A stretch of 64,000 nucleotides of DNA from Candidatus Latescibacterota bacterium. Its GTDB lineage: Bacteria > Latescibacterota > UBA2968 > UBA8231. The translations under genes were made by a program, and so were the position numbers. How positions within the stretch are numbered: the first letter of the stretch is position 1; each line of letters begins with the position of its first letter. Of the stretch, positions 19,806 through 30,713 are shown piece by piece. Under the pieces are notes generated by a model that was given only the letters and a program-made list of their open reading frames with translations, was not told where the DNA came from and made no database searches. The DNA lies in NCBI GenBank assembly GCA_965206595.1, contig OZ242214.1, positions 2,880,001 to 2,944,000 of the forward strand. Direction: 5' to 3'.

Positions 19806-20630
19806 ATGAACGCGGCAATGCTCGGCTTGCTGGCCGAAACCCCGATCCATCCCGGCGCAGGACGCAGCATGGGGGTTGTGGATCTACCGGTTGCCCGCGA
19901 GGCGGCTACGGAATACCCGGTGCTCGTGGGTTCGAGCCTGAAAGGCGCGCTGAGGGACAAGATGGAAACGGCGAAGGGAGAGGACGACACGAAAGTCCGT
20001 TTCGGAAAACCGGATCAAGCGGGCGATCTGCTGGTCTCCGATGGACGACTGCTGTTACTGCCCGTGCGCAGCCTGATGACCTCGTACCGCTGGGTGACCT
20101 GCCCCCACATCATTGAGCGCTATTTCCGTGACCTCGCCCGGGCCGGTCTGACTCAACGGCTGCCGGTTCCCGACGTGGAGAAAGACTCCGTCCTGGCGAC
20201 GGGCAATGGCAATTTGTTCCTCGAGGAGCGACAATTCGCCATCAACGGTACGCCGCAAGAAGAACTGATCAACGCCATCGCTCCACTCCTGTTGCACGAG
20301 CAGACCAGGAAACGCCTGCGCTCTCAGAAAATCGCCGTGCTGTGCGACGATGATTTCTCCTGGTTCGTACGCTATGGCCTCCCGGTCCAGGCACGCAACG
20401 TCTTGGAGGACGGCACGAAGAAGAGCAAAAACTTGTGGTACGAGGAGACGCTGCCACCGGATACAGTCATGTACGCCCTCGTCATGGGACGTAGCGACGA
20501 TGCTCTGAGGGCGCTTAACTCGCTCTTCCCCGACAGCGATCCCTACCTGCAAGCCGGCGGTAACGAGACGGTGGGCCATGGATGGTTCGCCGTCAGGGTA
20601 CCTTCCGAGGACACCGAAGGTGCGACGTGA
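19806..20630 (+). CDS. cmr4: Type III-B Cmr4
   Basis: ETPIHPGAG, VDLPVARE (catalytic Asp retained), GSSLKGALR, LWYEETLP, GGNETVGHG. Confidence 0.93.
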   Translation: MNAAMLGLLAETPIHPGAGRSMGVVDLPVAREAATEYPVLVGSSLKGALRDKMETAKGEDDTKVRFGKPDQAGDLLVSDGRLLLLPVRSLMTSYRWVTCPHIIERYFRDLARAGLTQRLPVPDVEKDSVLATGNGNLFLEERQFAINGTPQEELINAIAPLLLHEQTRKRLRSQKIAVLCDDDFSWFVRYGLPVQARNVLEDGTKKSKNLWYEETLPPDTVMYALVMGRSDDALRALNSLFPDSDPYLQAGGNETVGHGWFAVRVPSEDTEGAT

Positions 20631-21034
20631 AGACCATTGAGCAAAGACGTGCGGCAAACGCCCTTTTGCGTGTCACCGAGTTGAGCAACCGCTCGAATGA
20701 TTTCAAGGCACGGTACCGTGCCTACGTGGACCGCCTGGGGCCGGCAATCGTCATGAACGGCCTGGGCCAGGCACTGGCAACGGAACGTGCAGCCTCCGAC
20801 TCGCGCAACAGTGATCGCGAAAAGGCGCATCACGAGCTGTACATCGGCCTGCAACGCTGGCTGTGCCGGAAGGACGAGGGCGTGTATCCTTCAAGTCAAG
20901 ACCTTTTGCAGGCCATCATGGAGCACGACCAATTGCTTTACCTGCACGCCCAGGCAGAAGCGCTCGCATGGCTTGAGTGGCACAAGAAATGTTGCCGGGC
21001 TCAGTTCCCGAAGGACGAGGAGGGTGAGGAATGA
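20627..21034 (+). CDS. cmr5: Type III-B Cmr5 small subunit
   Basis: KTIEQRRA, YRAYVDRLGPAIVMNGLGQALA, EALAWLEWHK. Confidence 0.88.
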   Translation: MKTIEQRRAANALLRVTELSNRSNDFKARYRAYVDRLGPAIVMNGLGQALATERAASDSRNSDREKAHHELYIGLQRWLCRKDEGVYPSSQDLLQAIMEHDQLLYLHAQAEALAWLEWHKKCCRAQFPKDEEGEE

Positions 21035-22062
21035 CCCTTCCCCTGTACAAAGCGGCTACCCAACCGAGCCGATCTTCCGGGGATCACGCGGGGTTGTGGT
21101 TCGACAAATTCTGCAATCACTGGCATGTCACCTGCGACTCTTGGACGATGTCGGGCGAGCAGAAGCTCATGTGGATCAAAAGCCTCGCGAATGACAGGGT
21201 CGGCGCCACCGATCAGATCGACGAATTTGCGTCTCGGCTTCGGCGGCTAGTCAAAAGGCGTGATGGTCGGTTCGAAGTTTTTACAACGGAATCCCGCTTC
21301 GTCACCGGGCTTGGCCGTAGTCATCCCGTCGAGAACGGCTTTGCTTGGCATCCGACGCTGGGGACGCCTTTCCTGCCGGGAAGCTCAGTCAAGGGGTTGA
21401 TTCGTTCATGGGCGAAGATGGACGCCGAACCCCATCCAAGTTGCAAAACCTTGGATCGACTGCTTGGGCAGTCTGAGGAAACGGGCGGCGTGTGTTTCCT
21501 CGATGCCGTTCCCGATGCTCCTGTACAACTTGAACCCGATGTCATGACACCGCACTATGCCGGCTGGGACGAGAAGAATCCACCTGGCGATTGGCGCTCC
21601 CCCACACCCATCCCCTTCCTCACCACGGCCGCCGGAACGTCGTTTCTGTTCGGTTTCATCCCCTGCCGCGGCGCCACAAAGAAGGAGGATCTTGATACCA
21701 TAGCGGTCTGGCTGCGTTCCGCTCTCGAGTGGGCGGGCGCCGGGGCCAAGACGGCGGTCGGGTATGGTCGCTTTCGTCCGGGCAAGGTCACCACCACTCC
21801 AAGTCTCCAGCAGGCCCCTCAAAGCCCCCACACAAGAAGGGGCGTCGAACCAAAACCCGGGGACCGCGTCCAAGCCGAACTCCTGGAGGAGAAAACTAGG
21901 AGAGGGGGCTGGAAGGCCAAGCATCCGGAAAGCGGGCTGCAAGGCCCGATACAAGACACCGATAACGTTCCTGCCGACGCCAAGCCGGGGCACCAGGTCG
22001 AACTAACGGTCGCCTACGTAAGGGCGAATGAAATCGCATTCAAATGGGGCACACCGTGTTGA
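21031..22062 (+). CDS. cmr6: Type III-B Cmr6 with short C-terminal beta-barrel extension
   Basis: RFVTGLG, ENGFAWHPTLGTPFLPGSSVKG, DVMTPHY, PTPIPFL, GAGAKTAVGYG. Confidence 0.92.
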   Translation: MTLPLYKAATQPSRSSGDHAGLWFDKFCNHWHVTCDSWTMSGEQKLMWIKSLANDRVGATDQIDEFASRLRRLVKRRDGRFEVFTTESRFVTGLGRSHPVENGFAWHPTLGTPFLPGSSVKGLIRSWAKMDAEPHPSCKTLDRLLGQSEETGGVCFLDAVPDAPVQLEPDVMTPHYAGWDEKNPPGDWRSPTPIPFLTTAAGTSFLFGFIPCRGATKKEDLDTIAVWLRSALEWAGAGAKTAVGYGRFRPGKVTTTPSLQQAPQSPHTRRGVEPKPGDRVQAELLEEKTRRGGWKAKHPESGLQGPIQDTDNVPADAKPGHQVELTVAYVRANEIAFKWGTPC

Positions 22063-24992
22063 GCAGTACAGATTTTGCCGAGTTCTTCAACAGCCTGTGG
22101 GGCCATCCGCCCTTCGCTTGGCAGCAGGCTTTGGCGACTAGAGTACTCGAGCGAGCAGAGACTCCCTGGCCCGAGGCCATCGCCTTGCCCACGGCGTCCG
22201 GCAAAACCGCGTGCCTGGATATCGCGGTTTTCGCGTTGGCGGCCCAGGCTTCCCGGCTGGACCGGAGGCAGACCATCACCGCGCCACGCCGCATCTTCTT
22301 CGTGGTGGACCGGCGCGTAATCGTTGATGAGGCGTATGAACGCGCCCGCCGATTGGCGAAGAAACTGGAGAATGCCGAGGAAGGCATTCTGAAGACAGTC
22401 GCGGACAATCTCCGGCAGATTGCAAGCGGTGAGATGACCTGCTCCAATGATGTCCGACCGCTATCCGTTCACGTATTGCGCGGCGGCATGTATCGGTCGG
22501 AGGCTTGGATGAATAGCCCGCTTCAACCCATGGTGGTGGCCTCGACTGTCGATCAAATCGGCTCTCGCCTGTTGTTTCGCGGCTATGGACGTGGTCATAG
22601 CACATGGCCGATAGCTGCGGGATTGGTCGCTAACGACAGCCTGATCCTGCTCGACGAGGCGCATTGTGCCCAGCCGTTCCTGCAAACCCTGCAAGCGGTG
22701 CGGCGCTATCAAAAATGGGGGCATACGCCGCTTGGGCGTCCTTTTTACCCGGTGGTGATGTCGGCCACACCGCCTACCGGGATAGAGGATGTATTCGAGG
22801 ATCGTTCCGGCGAAGGCCGCGATCCTTGCCATCCGCTAGGCCGCCGACAATTGGCGCACAAACCGGCGATCTTGAAGAAAGCGGAAAGGGCCAAGGGGAA
22901 GCAGGCCACTAGCGCGATGGCCAAGGCTTTGGTGGAGGCTGCGTTGGAGCTGGTCAACGACGAGCGCCCCGCTATCGTAGTGTTCGTCAACCGCGTTGCC
23001 ACGGCGCGGGAAGCCCATCGGCTGCTATCCGATAGGGAAGACCTCGACGCAGTTCTACTCACTGGCCGCATGCGTCCGGTTGATAAGGACACAATCGTTC
23101 GGCAACGCTTGAACCTCTTGCGATCCGATCTAGCCAATGAGCGTTCTTTGGCAAAACCGGTGATCGTTGTGGCTACCCAAACTCTGGAAGTTGGGGCGGA
23201 TCTCGACTTTGACGGCTTGGCGACCGAGTGCGCGAGTCTCGACGCCCTGCGACAGCGCTTCGGCCGACTGAATCGCATGGGACGACCGATCGCCGCGGGG
23301 GCAGTTATTCTTGTACGCGGCGACCAATCCGATGCCGGGAAAAAGCACGACGATCCTGTTTACGGAGAGGCCCTGACCGATACCTGGACATGGCTCAACG
23401 GATGCAAGAACGAAAACGGTGAGGTGGATTTCGGTATTGCCCATATCGAGGATCAGCTGCCGAAGGGAGACTCCCTTTCCATGCTGAACGCCCCCTCCGT
23501 CGATGCCCCGGTGATGCTTCCGGCCCATGTCGATTGCTGGGCGCAAACAGCGCCGGAACCACAACCTTCACCCGATGTGTCAGTGTTTCTGCACGGACCT
23601 CGCGAAAACCTGGCGGATATACAGGTCTGCTGGCGTGGCGATCTGGACCTGTCGAACGAAGATGCAGGAAAACAGGCAATTGAGTCATTGTCCTTGTGTC
23701 CGCCGAGCAGCAGCGAAACGCTCCCGGTGCCGATCAGCGTTTTCCGGCGTTGGCTGGCTGGAGAAACCTTTGAAGATGACAGTGGGGACGTGGAGGGCAG
23801 CGGGAGTGATACGGACGAAGAAAGCGCTTCCTATAGAGGTCGCGACGTAATTCGGTGGAGGGGAGCAGGAACAGGACCTGAGGACATTACCTCGGATCCC
23901 ACAAAAATTCGGCCCGGGGATGTTATCGCGATCCCGATCAACCATCCCCTTCCACGTCATCAACTTGGCGACCTGCCGCAGGACGCGGAGTTGGACGTGG
24001 GCGATCGCGCCTATTTGCTTGCCCGGGCCAAGCCCATCCTCCGCATTCACCCGAAGTTGGTGGATGCCTGGCCGGATTCCGTTGATGCCACGGAAAACGC
24101 TCGGAAGTTACTGAACGATTTGGAACGCAAGTACGAGGACGATGAGCTTGACGATGCCTTGGACGATCTGCTGACAGAGCTTTCCAATTCGCCCGAACGG
24201 ACTTGGCTGGCGGAAACCGCAAACGTACTCTGCAAGGACCACACCTATCGCATTGTCGGGGGGAACAGCATCACCCTCGTCGGACACCGCATGATACCGA
24301 AACTTGCTCACGCGGCGGACAGCTTCAGCGACGAGGACGATGCGGCAGCCTCCGGCACATCACACCGCAACGGCCACCCAGTCAAACTTCGGGCCCATCT
24401 CCCCGGAGTCGAAAGGTTTGCCCGTTGCCATGCCTCCGGTTGCGGATTGCCTGTAGACTTGGTCGAGGCCATCGCCAAGGCCGGCTTGCTGCACGACCTG
24501 GGCAAGGCCGATCCTCGATTTCAGTCCTTGTTGCAAGGCGGCGCTCGCTGGTTGGGTGGGGAACTTCTCGCCAAGTCTGCTCGAATGCCGATAAATCGGG
24601 CAGCCTATGAGAAGGCTCGGACCGCTTCGGGCTATCCCAAAGGCGGGCGGCACGAACTGCTTTCAGTGTGCTTGGCAGAAAGCGCGTCGGTGCTTTTGCC
24701 GGAAAGGGACGATCTGCGCGACTTGGTTCTGCATTTGATTGCCAGCCATCACGGCCACTGTCGGCCGTTCGCACCGGTGGTGTTTGACGAGCAGAGCGTG
24801 GATGTAGATTTCGAGTTACGCGGCCAAGGGACGCACTGGTCCGGTCCTACCGGCCTTGAAGGTCTCGATTCCGGGGTCGCGGACCGCTACTGGCGGCTGG
24901 TGCAGCGCTATGGATGGTGGGGCCTGGCTTGGCTGGAAGCCCTATTGCGACTCGCCGATTGGCGGCAGAGCGATCTGGAGGAGACACAATGA
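22044..24992 (+). CDS. cas3: Type I-G Cas3 (SF2 helicase with C-terminal HD nuclease)
   Basis: PTASGKT, VVDRR, STVDQIGSRLLFRGYG, DEAH, MSAT, TQTLEVGADLD, QRFGRLNR; C-terminal LLHDLGK, RHE, SHHG, RLADW; start may be 22056/22059. Confidence 0.93.
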   Translation: MGHTVLSSTDFAEFFNSLWGHPPFAWQQALATRVLERAETPWPEAIALPTASGKTACLDIAVFALAAQASRLDRRQTITAPRRIFFVVDRRVIVDEAYERARRLAKKLENAEEGILKTVADNLRQIASGEMTCSNDVRPLSVHVLRGGMYRSEAWMNSPLQPMVVASTVDQIGSRLLFRGYGRGHSTWPIAAGLVANDSLILLDEAHCAQPFLQTLQAVRRYQKWGHTPLGRPFYPVVMSATPPTGIEDVFEDRSGEGRDPCHPLGRRQLAHKPAILKKAERAKGKQATSAMAKALVEAALELVNDERPAIVVFVNRVATAREAHRLLSDREDLDAVLLTGRMRPVDKDTIVRQRLNLLRSDLANERSLAKPVIVVATQTLEVGADLDFDGLATECASLDALRQRFGRLNRMGRPIAAGAVILVRGDQSDAGKKHDDPVYGEALTDTWTWLNGCKNENGEVDFGIAHIEDQLPKGDSLSMLNAPSVDAPVMLPAHVDCWAQTAPEPQPSPDVSVFLHGPRENLADIQVCWRGDLDLSNEDAGKQAIESLSLCPPSSSETLPVPISVFRRWLAGETFEDDSGDVEGSGSDTDEESASYRGRDVIRWRGAGTGPEDITSDPTKIRPGDVIAIPINHPLPRHQLGDLPQDAELDVGDRAYLLARAKPILRIHPKLVDAWPDSVDATENARKLLNDLERKYEDDELDDALDDLLTELSNSPERTWLAETANVLCKDHTYRIVGGNSITLVGHRMIPKLAHAADSFSDEDDAAASGTSHRNGHPVKLRAHLPGVERFARCHASGCGLPVDLVEAIAKAGLLHDLGKADPRFQSLLQGGARWLGGELLAKSARMPINRAAYEKARTASGYPKGGRHELLSVCLAESASVLLPERDDLRDLVLHLIASHHGHCRPFAPVVFDEQSVDVDFELRGQGTHWSGPTGLEGLDSGVADRYWRLVQRYGWWGLAWLEALLRLADWRQSDLEETQ

Positions 24993-25921
24993 CGGAAAAT
25001 GAACCAGCTCCAGGTCTTCTGCTGAACGGGCTCGACGGCAGCAATCCGCTCGGATTTCTCGCGGCCGTTGGCGTGCTGCGTGTTGCTACAAAGGCTGACT
25101 CTTACTCGGACTGGCGTGTACGTTGGGAAATGCGAGGGGGGCACTGGTCCCCTGTATTGCTTGGGGACAAAGTGCTTGCAGCGGATGGTTTGATCGAACT
25201 ACTTGTGCCCGCTCTAACGGAAATGAAGGGCGATCATGCGTTTGGGTTTGCCGATGATCTGACGATCAACTGCGAGGAGTTCCGGCAAGTGGCTCAAGCC
25301 GCCTGCAACGCAGCGGATCTCAAAGATCGGCACTACGCCGATTTCATTGCCGCTTTCGGCTGTGATAGCGTCCCCATCTCCGCCAAGAATTCACGGATCC
25401 AGGACACAGCGCTGCGAACCATGAGCGGAGCAGGCCATCAGCACTTCATCGGCTCCATGCGAGAACTGGTTGAAAAAACCAACCCTGGTCATTTGCGCGC
25501 TTCCCTGTTCGAGCAGTGGCAGTACTCAGATTCCAAACCGAGTCTTCGCTGGGATCCTGTTGACGACCGCAGGTACGCCCTGCGTTGGAAGGAACCTTCG
25601 GGCGATCCCGTGCGCACAATGCGCGGCGCCAATCGTCTCGCGGTTGAAGCACTGCCCCTTTTCCCTACCGCACCTGGGGAAAGGAACCTGCATACGACCG
25701 GCTTTACACAGCGGCGAGGCGAAGGCGTGCTGTTTACATGGCCAATCTGGGAAGTGCCCTTGAACATTGACACCGTGCGTTCGCTGCTCAGCTTGGCCGA
25801 GTTACAAGAGCCTCGACCAGACCGGAAGAGTCTTTTTGCGAAAGGCGTTGTTGAGATTTTCAGGAGCCAGCGAATTACAAGGGACAAGTATCGCAATTTC
25901 ACACCTGCCGTACCTGCATGA
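24989..25921 (+). CDS. cas8g: Small type I-G Cas8-like subunit (Csb3/Cas8g2-type)
   Basis: LDGSNPLGFLAAVG, SGAGHQHF, RWDPVDDRRYA, GANRLAVEALPLFP, FTWPIW; coupled to cas3 (ATGA overlap). Confidence 0.7.
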   Translation: MTENEPAPGLLLNGLDGSNPLGFLAAVGVLRVATKADSYSDWRVRWEMRGGHWSPVLLGDKVLAADGLIELLVPALTEMKGDHAFGFADDLTINCEEFRQVAQAACNAADLKDRHYADFIAAFGCDSVPISAKNSRIQDTALRTMSGAGHQHFIGSMRELVEKTNPGHLRASLFEQWQYSDSKPSLRWDPVDDRRYALRWKEPSGDPVRTMRGANRLAVEALPLFPTAPGERNLHTTGFTQRRGEGVLFTWPIWEVPLNIDTVRSLLSLAELQEPRPDRKSLFAKGVVEIFRSQRITRDKYRNFTPAVPA

Positions 25922-25954
25922 CCACGGCGCGTAGATAAACGAAAAGAGCCGGCA

Positions 25955-26263
25955 ATGAGAGAACCCGACTTGCCAAGAGTCAAGGATGTCGTCGAAGAGA
26001 CCTTGAAAGAGCGATGCGGCGACGTGTTTGAACTGATTGCGGTAAGGCCGGACTTCGATGAATACGGTGGCGAGATTCTTGTCATCAAAGCTGTCTTCAA
26101 CCAGGACCGCCTCGGTGTCGGGCGAACCTCCGGCCTGACACGTCACCTGCGTGCCAAACTTGCAGAGGTGGGCACGGAAGCGTTTCCGGTTATCTCCTTT
26201 ATCGCCAGATCCGAACTGCGGGACCGCGACCTTGAAGCCCTCCGGTTGAGCGGGCCAAGCTGA
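25955..26263 (+). CDS. Hypothetical 102 aa protein (possible minimal nucleotidyltransferase-like fold)
   Basis: Plausible ORF filling the gap after cas8g; DFDEYGGEILVIKAVF acidic beta segment. Confidence 0.5.
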   Translation: MREPDLPRVKDVVEETLKERCGDVFELIAVRPDFDEYGGEILVIKAVFNQDRLGVGRTSGLTRHLRAKLAEVGTEAFPVISFIARSELRDRDLEALRLSGPS

Positions 26264-26268
26264 CATCC

Positions 26269-27455
26269 ATGCCCCGACGCAGACTCCCCATAGGCATTCA
26301 GACCTTCCGCGAGATCCGCGGGCAGGACTGCTACTACGTCGACAAAACCCCGTACATCCGGCGCCTGGTCGACGGGGCCAAGCACTACTTCCTCTCCCGC
26401 CCCCGGCGCTTCGGCAAGAGCCTGTTCCTCGACACCTGCAAGGAGCTGTTCGAGGGCAACGAACCGCTGTTCGAGGGGCTGGACATCCACGAGCACTGGG
26501 ACTGGTCGGCGCGGCACCCGGTCGTGCGCCTCGACTTCAGCAGCTCCAACATCCGGACACCGGAAGACGTGCGGACGGAAGCGGAGATACCCCCCCGCGA
26601 CGACGACCCGTCCTTCCGTTTCGGGCGCCTGATCGAGGCGCTGCACGAGCGCAGCGGCCGGCGCGTGGCGGTTCTCGTGGACGAATACGAGAAGCCGATC
26701 CTGGACAACCTCGACACCCCCGAAACCGCCCGCGCCATCCGCGACTACCTGTTCGGTTTCTACGCGACGACCAAGTCGAGCGACGCCGACATCCATTTCA
26801 GTCTTTTTACCGGGGTTCACAAGTTTCCCCTGGCCGGACCGTTCTCCGGCCTCAACAACCTGATCGACATCACCCTGGACCCGCGCTATTCCGCCATCTG
26901 CGGCTATACCGATTCGGACCTGGACGCAGTGTTCGCCCCGGAGTTGCCCGGCCTCGACCGGGACGAGATCCGCGACTGGTACAACGGCTACAACTGGCTG
27001 GGCGAGGAGAAGGTGTACCACCCCTTCGACATGCTGATGCTCTTCGACAAGCGGGAGTTCGGCGCCGAGCGGTTCGAGACGGACGCCCCGGCGTTCCTGG
27101 TCGAAACCCTGACCGGTCTCGGGTTCCGCTCCACAGATGCGGACGACATGCTAAGTAGCCAGGACCTGCTGTCCTTGTTAGACGTGGAGGATATGACGAC
27201 GGAAGCGCTGCTGTTTCAGGCCGGCTACATCACGATTACGAAGGATAGGAACCTTGGCGGAAACCTGTTCTGCTACATGGGTTATCCCAACCGGGCGGCG
27301 CGCTTTCGCCTCGACAGGGCACTGCGAGGGCGCAATTGAAGGACAAGCGCTACGCCGACAAGTACCGCGCCCCGGGCCTGCCCATCTACCTGGTCGCCGT
27401 CGAGTTCAGCAGGGAGGCCCGCAACTTGGCGGCCTTCGAGGTCGAGCGGGCTTGA
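26269..27455 (+). pseudogene. AAA-ATPase-like/PD-(D/E)XK nuclease paralogue 1, internally deleted
   Basis: YYVDKT, SRPRRFGKSL; lacks middle and nuclease part; out-of-frame tail QLKDKRYADKYRAPG at ~27335-27455. Confidence 0.85.
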
Positions 27456-27478
27456 AGAGCCAGAACAAGCTGACATCC

Positions 27479-29026
27479 ATGCCCCGACGCAGACTCCCCA
27501 TAGGCATCCAGACCTTCCGCAGGATTCGCGAGGAAAACTGCTACTACGTCGACAAGACCGCGTACATCCGGCGGCTGCTCGACGAGGGCACGCACTACTT
27601 CCTGTCGCGGCCGCGGCGCTTCGGCAAGAGCCTGTTCCTCGACACCTGCAAGGACCTGTTCGAGGGCAACGAGCCCCTGTTCGAGGGGCTGGACATCCAC
27701 GAGCACTGGGACTGGTCGGTTCGCTATCCCGTCGTGCGGCTCGATCTGGGCAGCGGGAATTGCATCGAGCCGGGGCATCTGCACGAGGACGTGATGGCCC
27801 AACTGGAGGACGAGGCGGAAGCAGCCGGCATTGCAACCCGCTACGACACCGCGCCAGCCCGTTTCCGCCACCTGATCCGGGCGCTGCACCGGCAGGTCGG
27901 CCGGCCCGTTGTCGTGCTGGTCGATGAGTATGACAAGCCGATCCTGGACGCGCTGGAAAGGCCCGACGCCGCCCGCGCCAACCGCGACTATCTGCGCGGC
28001 CTCTACGCGACGATCAAGTCCAGCGACGCCCACGTCCGGTTCACCTTTCTCACGGGCGTCAGCAAGTTCTCCAAGGTCAGCCTGTTCTCCGGCCTCAACA
28101 ACCTCAAGGACATCACCCTGGACCCGCGCTATTCCGCCATCTGCGGCTATACCGAGGCCGACCTGGATACCGTGTTCGCCCCGGAGTTGCCCGGACTCGA
28201 CCGGGACGAGATCCGCGACTGGTACAACGGCTACAGTTGGCTCGGAGAGGAGAACGTGTACAACCCCTTCGACATCCTGCTGCTCTTCGACAGCCGCAAG
28301 TTCAAGGCCCACTGGTTCGAGACCGGCACGCCCTCGTTTCTGGTCGAATCCCTGTTCCGGCGCCGGATCGGCTCCTTGTCCCTGGAAGACATGGTGGGCA
28401 CCGACGATCTGCTGTCGAAGTTCGACGTCGACGACATCGCCACCGAGGCGCTTCTGTTCCAGACCGGCTATCTCACGATCACCGGGGAGAGGAACCTGGG
28501 CGGCAAGACCCTGTACCGGCTCGGCTATCCGAACCGCGAGGTGAAGCAGAGCCTGAACGAGCATCTGCTGCGCGCCATGGGGCCTGACCCCTCGCGGCAG
28601 GGATCGCACGACATCCGGCTCTACGACCTGCTGCTCGCCAACGACTTCGCCGGGCTCGAGACCCTGTTCCGCGCCTTCTTCGCCAGTATCCCCTTCGAGT
28701 GGTACACCCGCAACGACATCGCCTCCTACGAGGGCTACTACGCCAGCGTGTTCTACTCGTACTTCGCGGCGCTGGGATTGGACGTCACCGTGGAGGACAG
28801 CAGCAGCCACGGCCGCCTCGACATGGCGGTCCGCTTCAACGGCAGCGTCTACCTCTTCGAGTTCAAGGTCGTCGAGATGGCGCCGGAGGGCGCCGCCATG
28901 GCGCAGTTGAAGGAGAGGCGCTACGCCGACAAGTACCGCGCCCCGGGCCTGCCTGTTTACCTGGTCGCCGTCGAGTTCAGCAGGGAAGCCCGCAATCTGG
29001 CGGCCTTCGACGTCGAGCGGGTCTGA
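27479..29026 (+). CDS. AAA-ATPase-like domain plus C-terminal PD-(D/E)XK nuclease (intact paralogue 2)
   Basis: RPRRFGKS Walker A, LVDEYDKP Walker B, SGLNN, GRLDM...FEFK...QLKERRY. Confidence 0.9.
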   Translation: MPRRRLPIGIQTFRRIREENCYYVDKTAYIRRLLDEGTHYFLSRPRRFGKSLFLDTCKDLFEGNEPLFEGLDIHEHWDWSVRYPVVRLDLGSGNCIEPGHLHEDVMAQLEDEAEAAGIATRYDTAPARFRHLIRALHRQVGRPVVVLVDEYDKPILDALERPDAARANRDYLRGLYATIKSSDAHVRFTFLTGVSKFSKVSLFSGLNNLKDITLDPRYSAICGYTEADLDTVFAPELPGLDRDEIRDWYNGYSWLGEENVYNPFDILLLFDSRKFKAHWFETGTPSFLVESLFRRRIGSLSLEDMVGTDDLLSKFDVDDIATEALLFQTGYLTITGERNLGGKTLYRLGYPNREVKQSLNEHLLRAMGPDPSRQGSHDIRLYDLLLANDFAGLETLFRAFFASIPFEWYTRNDIASYEGYYASVFYSYFAALGLDVTVEDSSSHGRLDMAVRFNGSVYLFEFKVVEMAPEGAAMAQLKERRYADKYRAPGLPVYLVAVEFSREARNLAAFDVERV

Positions 29027-29049
29027 GGATCCAGAACAAGGTGATGGCC

Positions 29050-30365
29050 ATGCCCAGACGCAGACTCCCCATCGGCATCCAGACCTTCCGCGAGATCCGC
29101 GAGCAGGACTGCTACTACGTCGACAAGACCGCGTACATCCGGCGGCTGCTCGACGGGGGCAAGCACTACTTCCTGTCGCGGCCCCGGCGCTTCGGCAAGA
29201 GCCTGTTCCTCGACACCTGCAAGGAGCTCTTCGAGGGCAACGAACCCCTGTTCGAGGGGCTGGACATCCACGAGCACTGGGACTGGTCGGCGCGGCACCC
29301 GGTCGTGCGCCTCGACTTCAGCAGCGGCAACTACCAGGCACCTGAAGACGTGCGGACGGAAGTGGCGGCGCAATTGAGCGTCATGGAGGACGAAGCGGAG
29401 GTAACCCCCCGCGACAACGATCCGTCCCTCCGCTTCCGGCACTTGGTCAAGGAGCTCCACGAGCGCACCGGCCGGCGCGTGGCGGTCCTCGTGGACGAGT
29501 ACGACAAGCCGATCCTCGACAGGCTCGACGCGCCCGAGGTCGCCCGCGCCAATCGCGACTTTCTGCGCAGCCTGTATTCGACCGTGAAGTTCTCCGACGC
29601 GCACATCCGTTTCAGCTTCCTTACCGGGGTCCACAAGTTTCCCATGGCCGGACCGTTCTCCGGCCTCAACAACCTGATCGACCTCACCCTCGACCCGGAA
29701 TTCTCGGCCATCTGCGGCTATACCGAGGCCGACCTGGACACGGTGTTCGCGCCTGAGCTCCCGGGCCTCGACCGGGACGAGATCCGCCTCTGGTACAACG
29801 GCTACAGCTGGCTCGGCGAGGATAAGGTCTACAATCCCTTTGCCATCCTGCTGCTGTTTCGCAACCGCCTGTTCGGTGCCTGGTGGTTCGAAACCGGCAC
29901 TCCGGCGTTCCTGGTCGAAACCCTGTTCAAGCGCCGGGTGAGCTCCCTGGCCCTGGACGACATGGTGGGCCAGCAGCGACCTGCCGTCGACCTTCGACGT
30001 CGACGACATGCCGACGGAGGCGCTGTTGTTCCAGACCGGCTATCTCACCCATCGCCCGCCCCGAGCCGCGGGGAGCGGAGATGTTCTACCGGCTGGAGTG
30101 CTTCGCGGCGCTGGGATTGGACGTTACTGTCGAGGACAGCAGCAGCCACGGCCGCCTCGACATGGCGGTCCGCTTCAACGACAACGTCTACCTCTTCGAG
30201 TTCAAGGTGGTCGAGATGACGCCGGAGGGCGCGGCCATGACGCAGTTGAAGGAGAGGCGCTACGCCGGCAAGTACCGCGCCCCGGGCCTGCCCATCTACC
30301 TGGTCGCCGTCGAGTTCAGCAAGGAGGCCCGCAACCTGGCGGCCTTCGAGGTCGAGAGGGCCTGA
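29050..30365 (+). pseudogene. AAA-ATPase-like/PD-(D/E)XK nuclease paralogue 3, frameshifted and deleted
   Basis: Same N-terminus; frameshifts near 29970-30060; nuclease tail in ORF 29883-30365. Confidence 0.85.
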
Positions 30366-30403
30366 GCCTCCGGGACGCCCGCGAAAGGCAGGCAGCCGCC
30401 TGA

Positions 30404-30700
<297 letters not shown>

Positions 30701-30713
30701 CCGAACCCGACCT

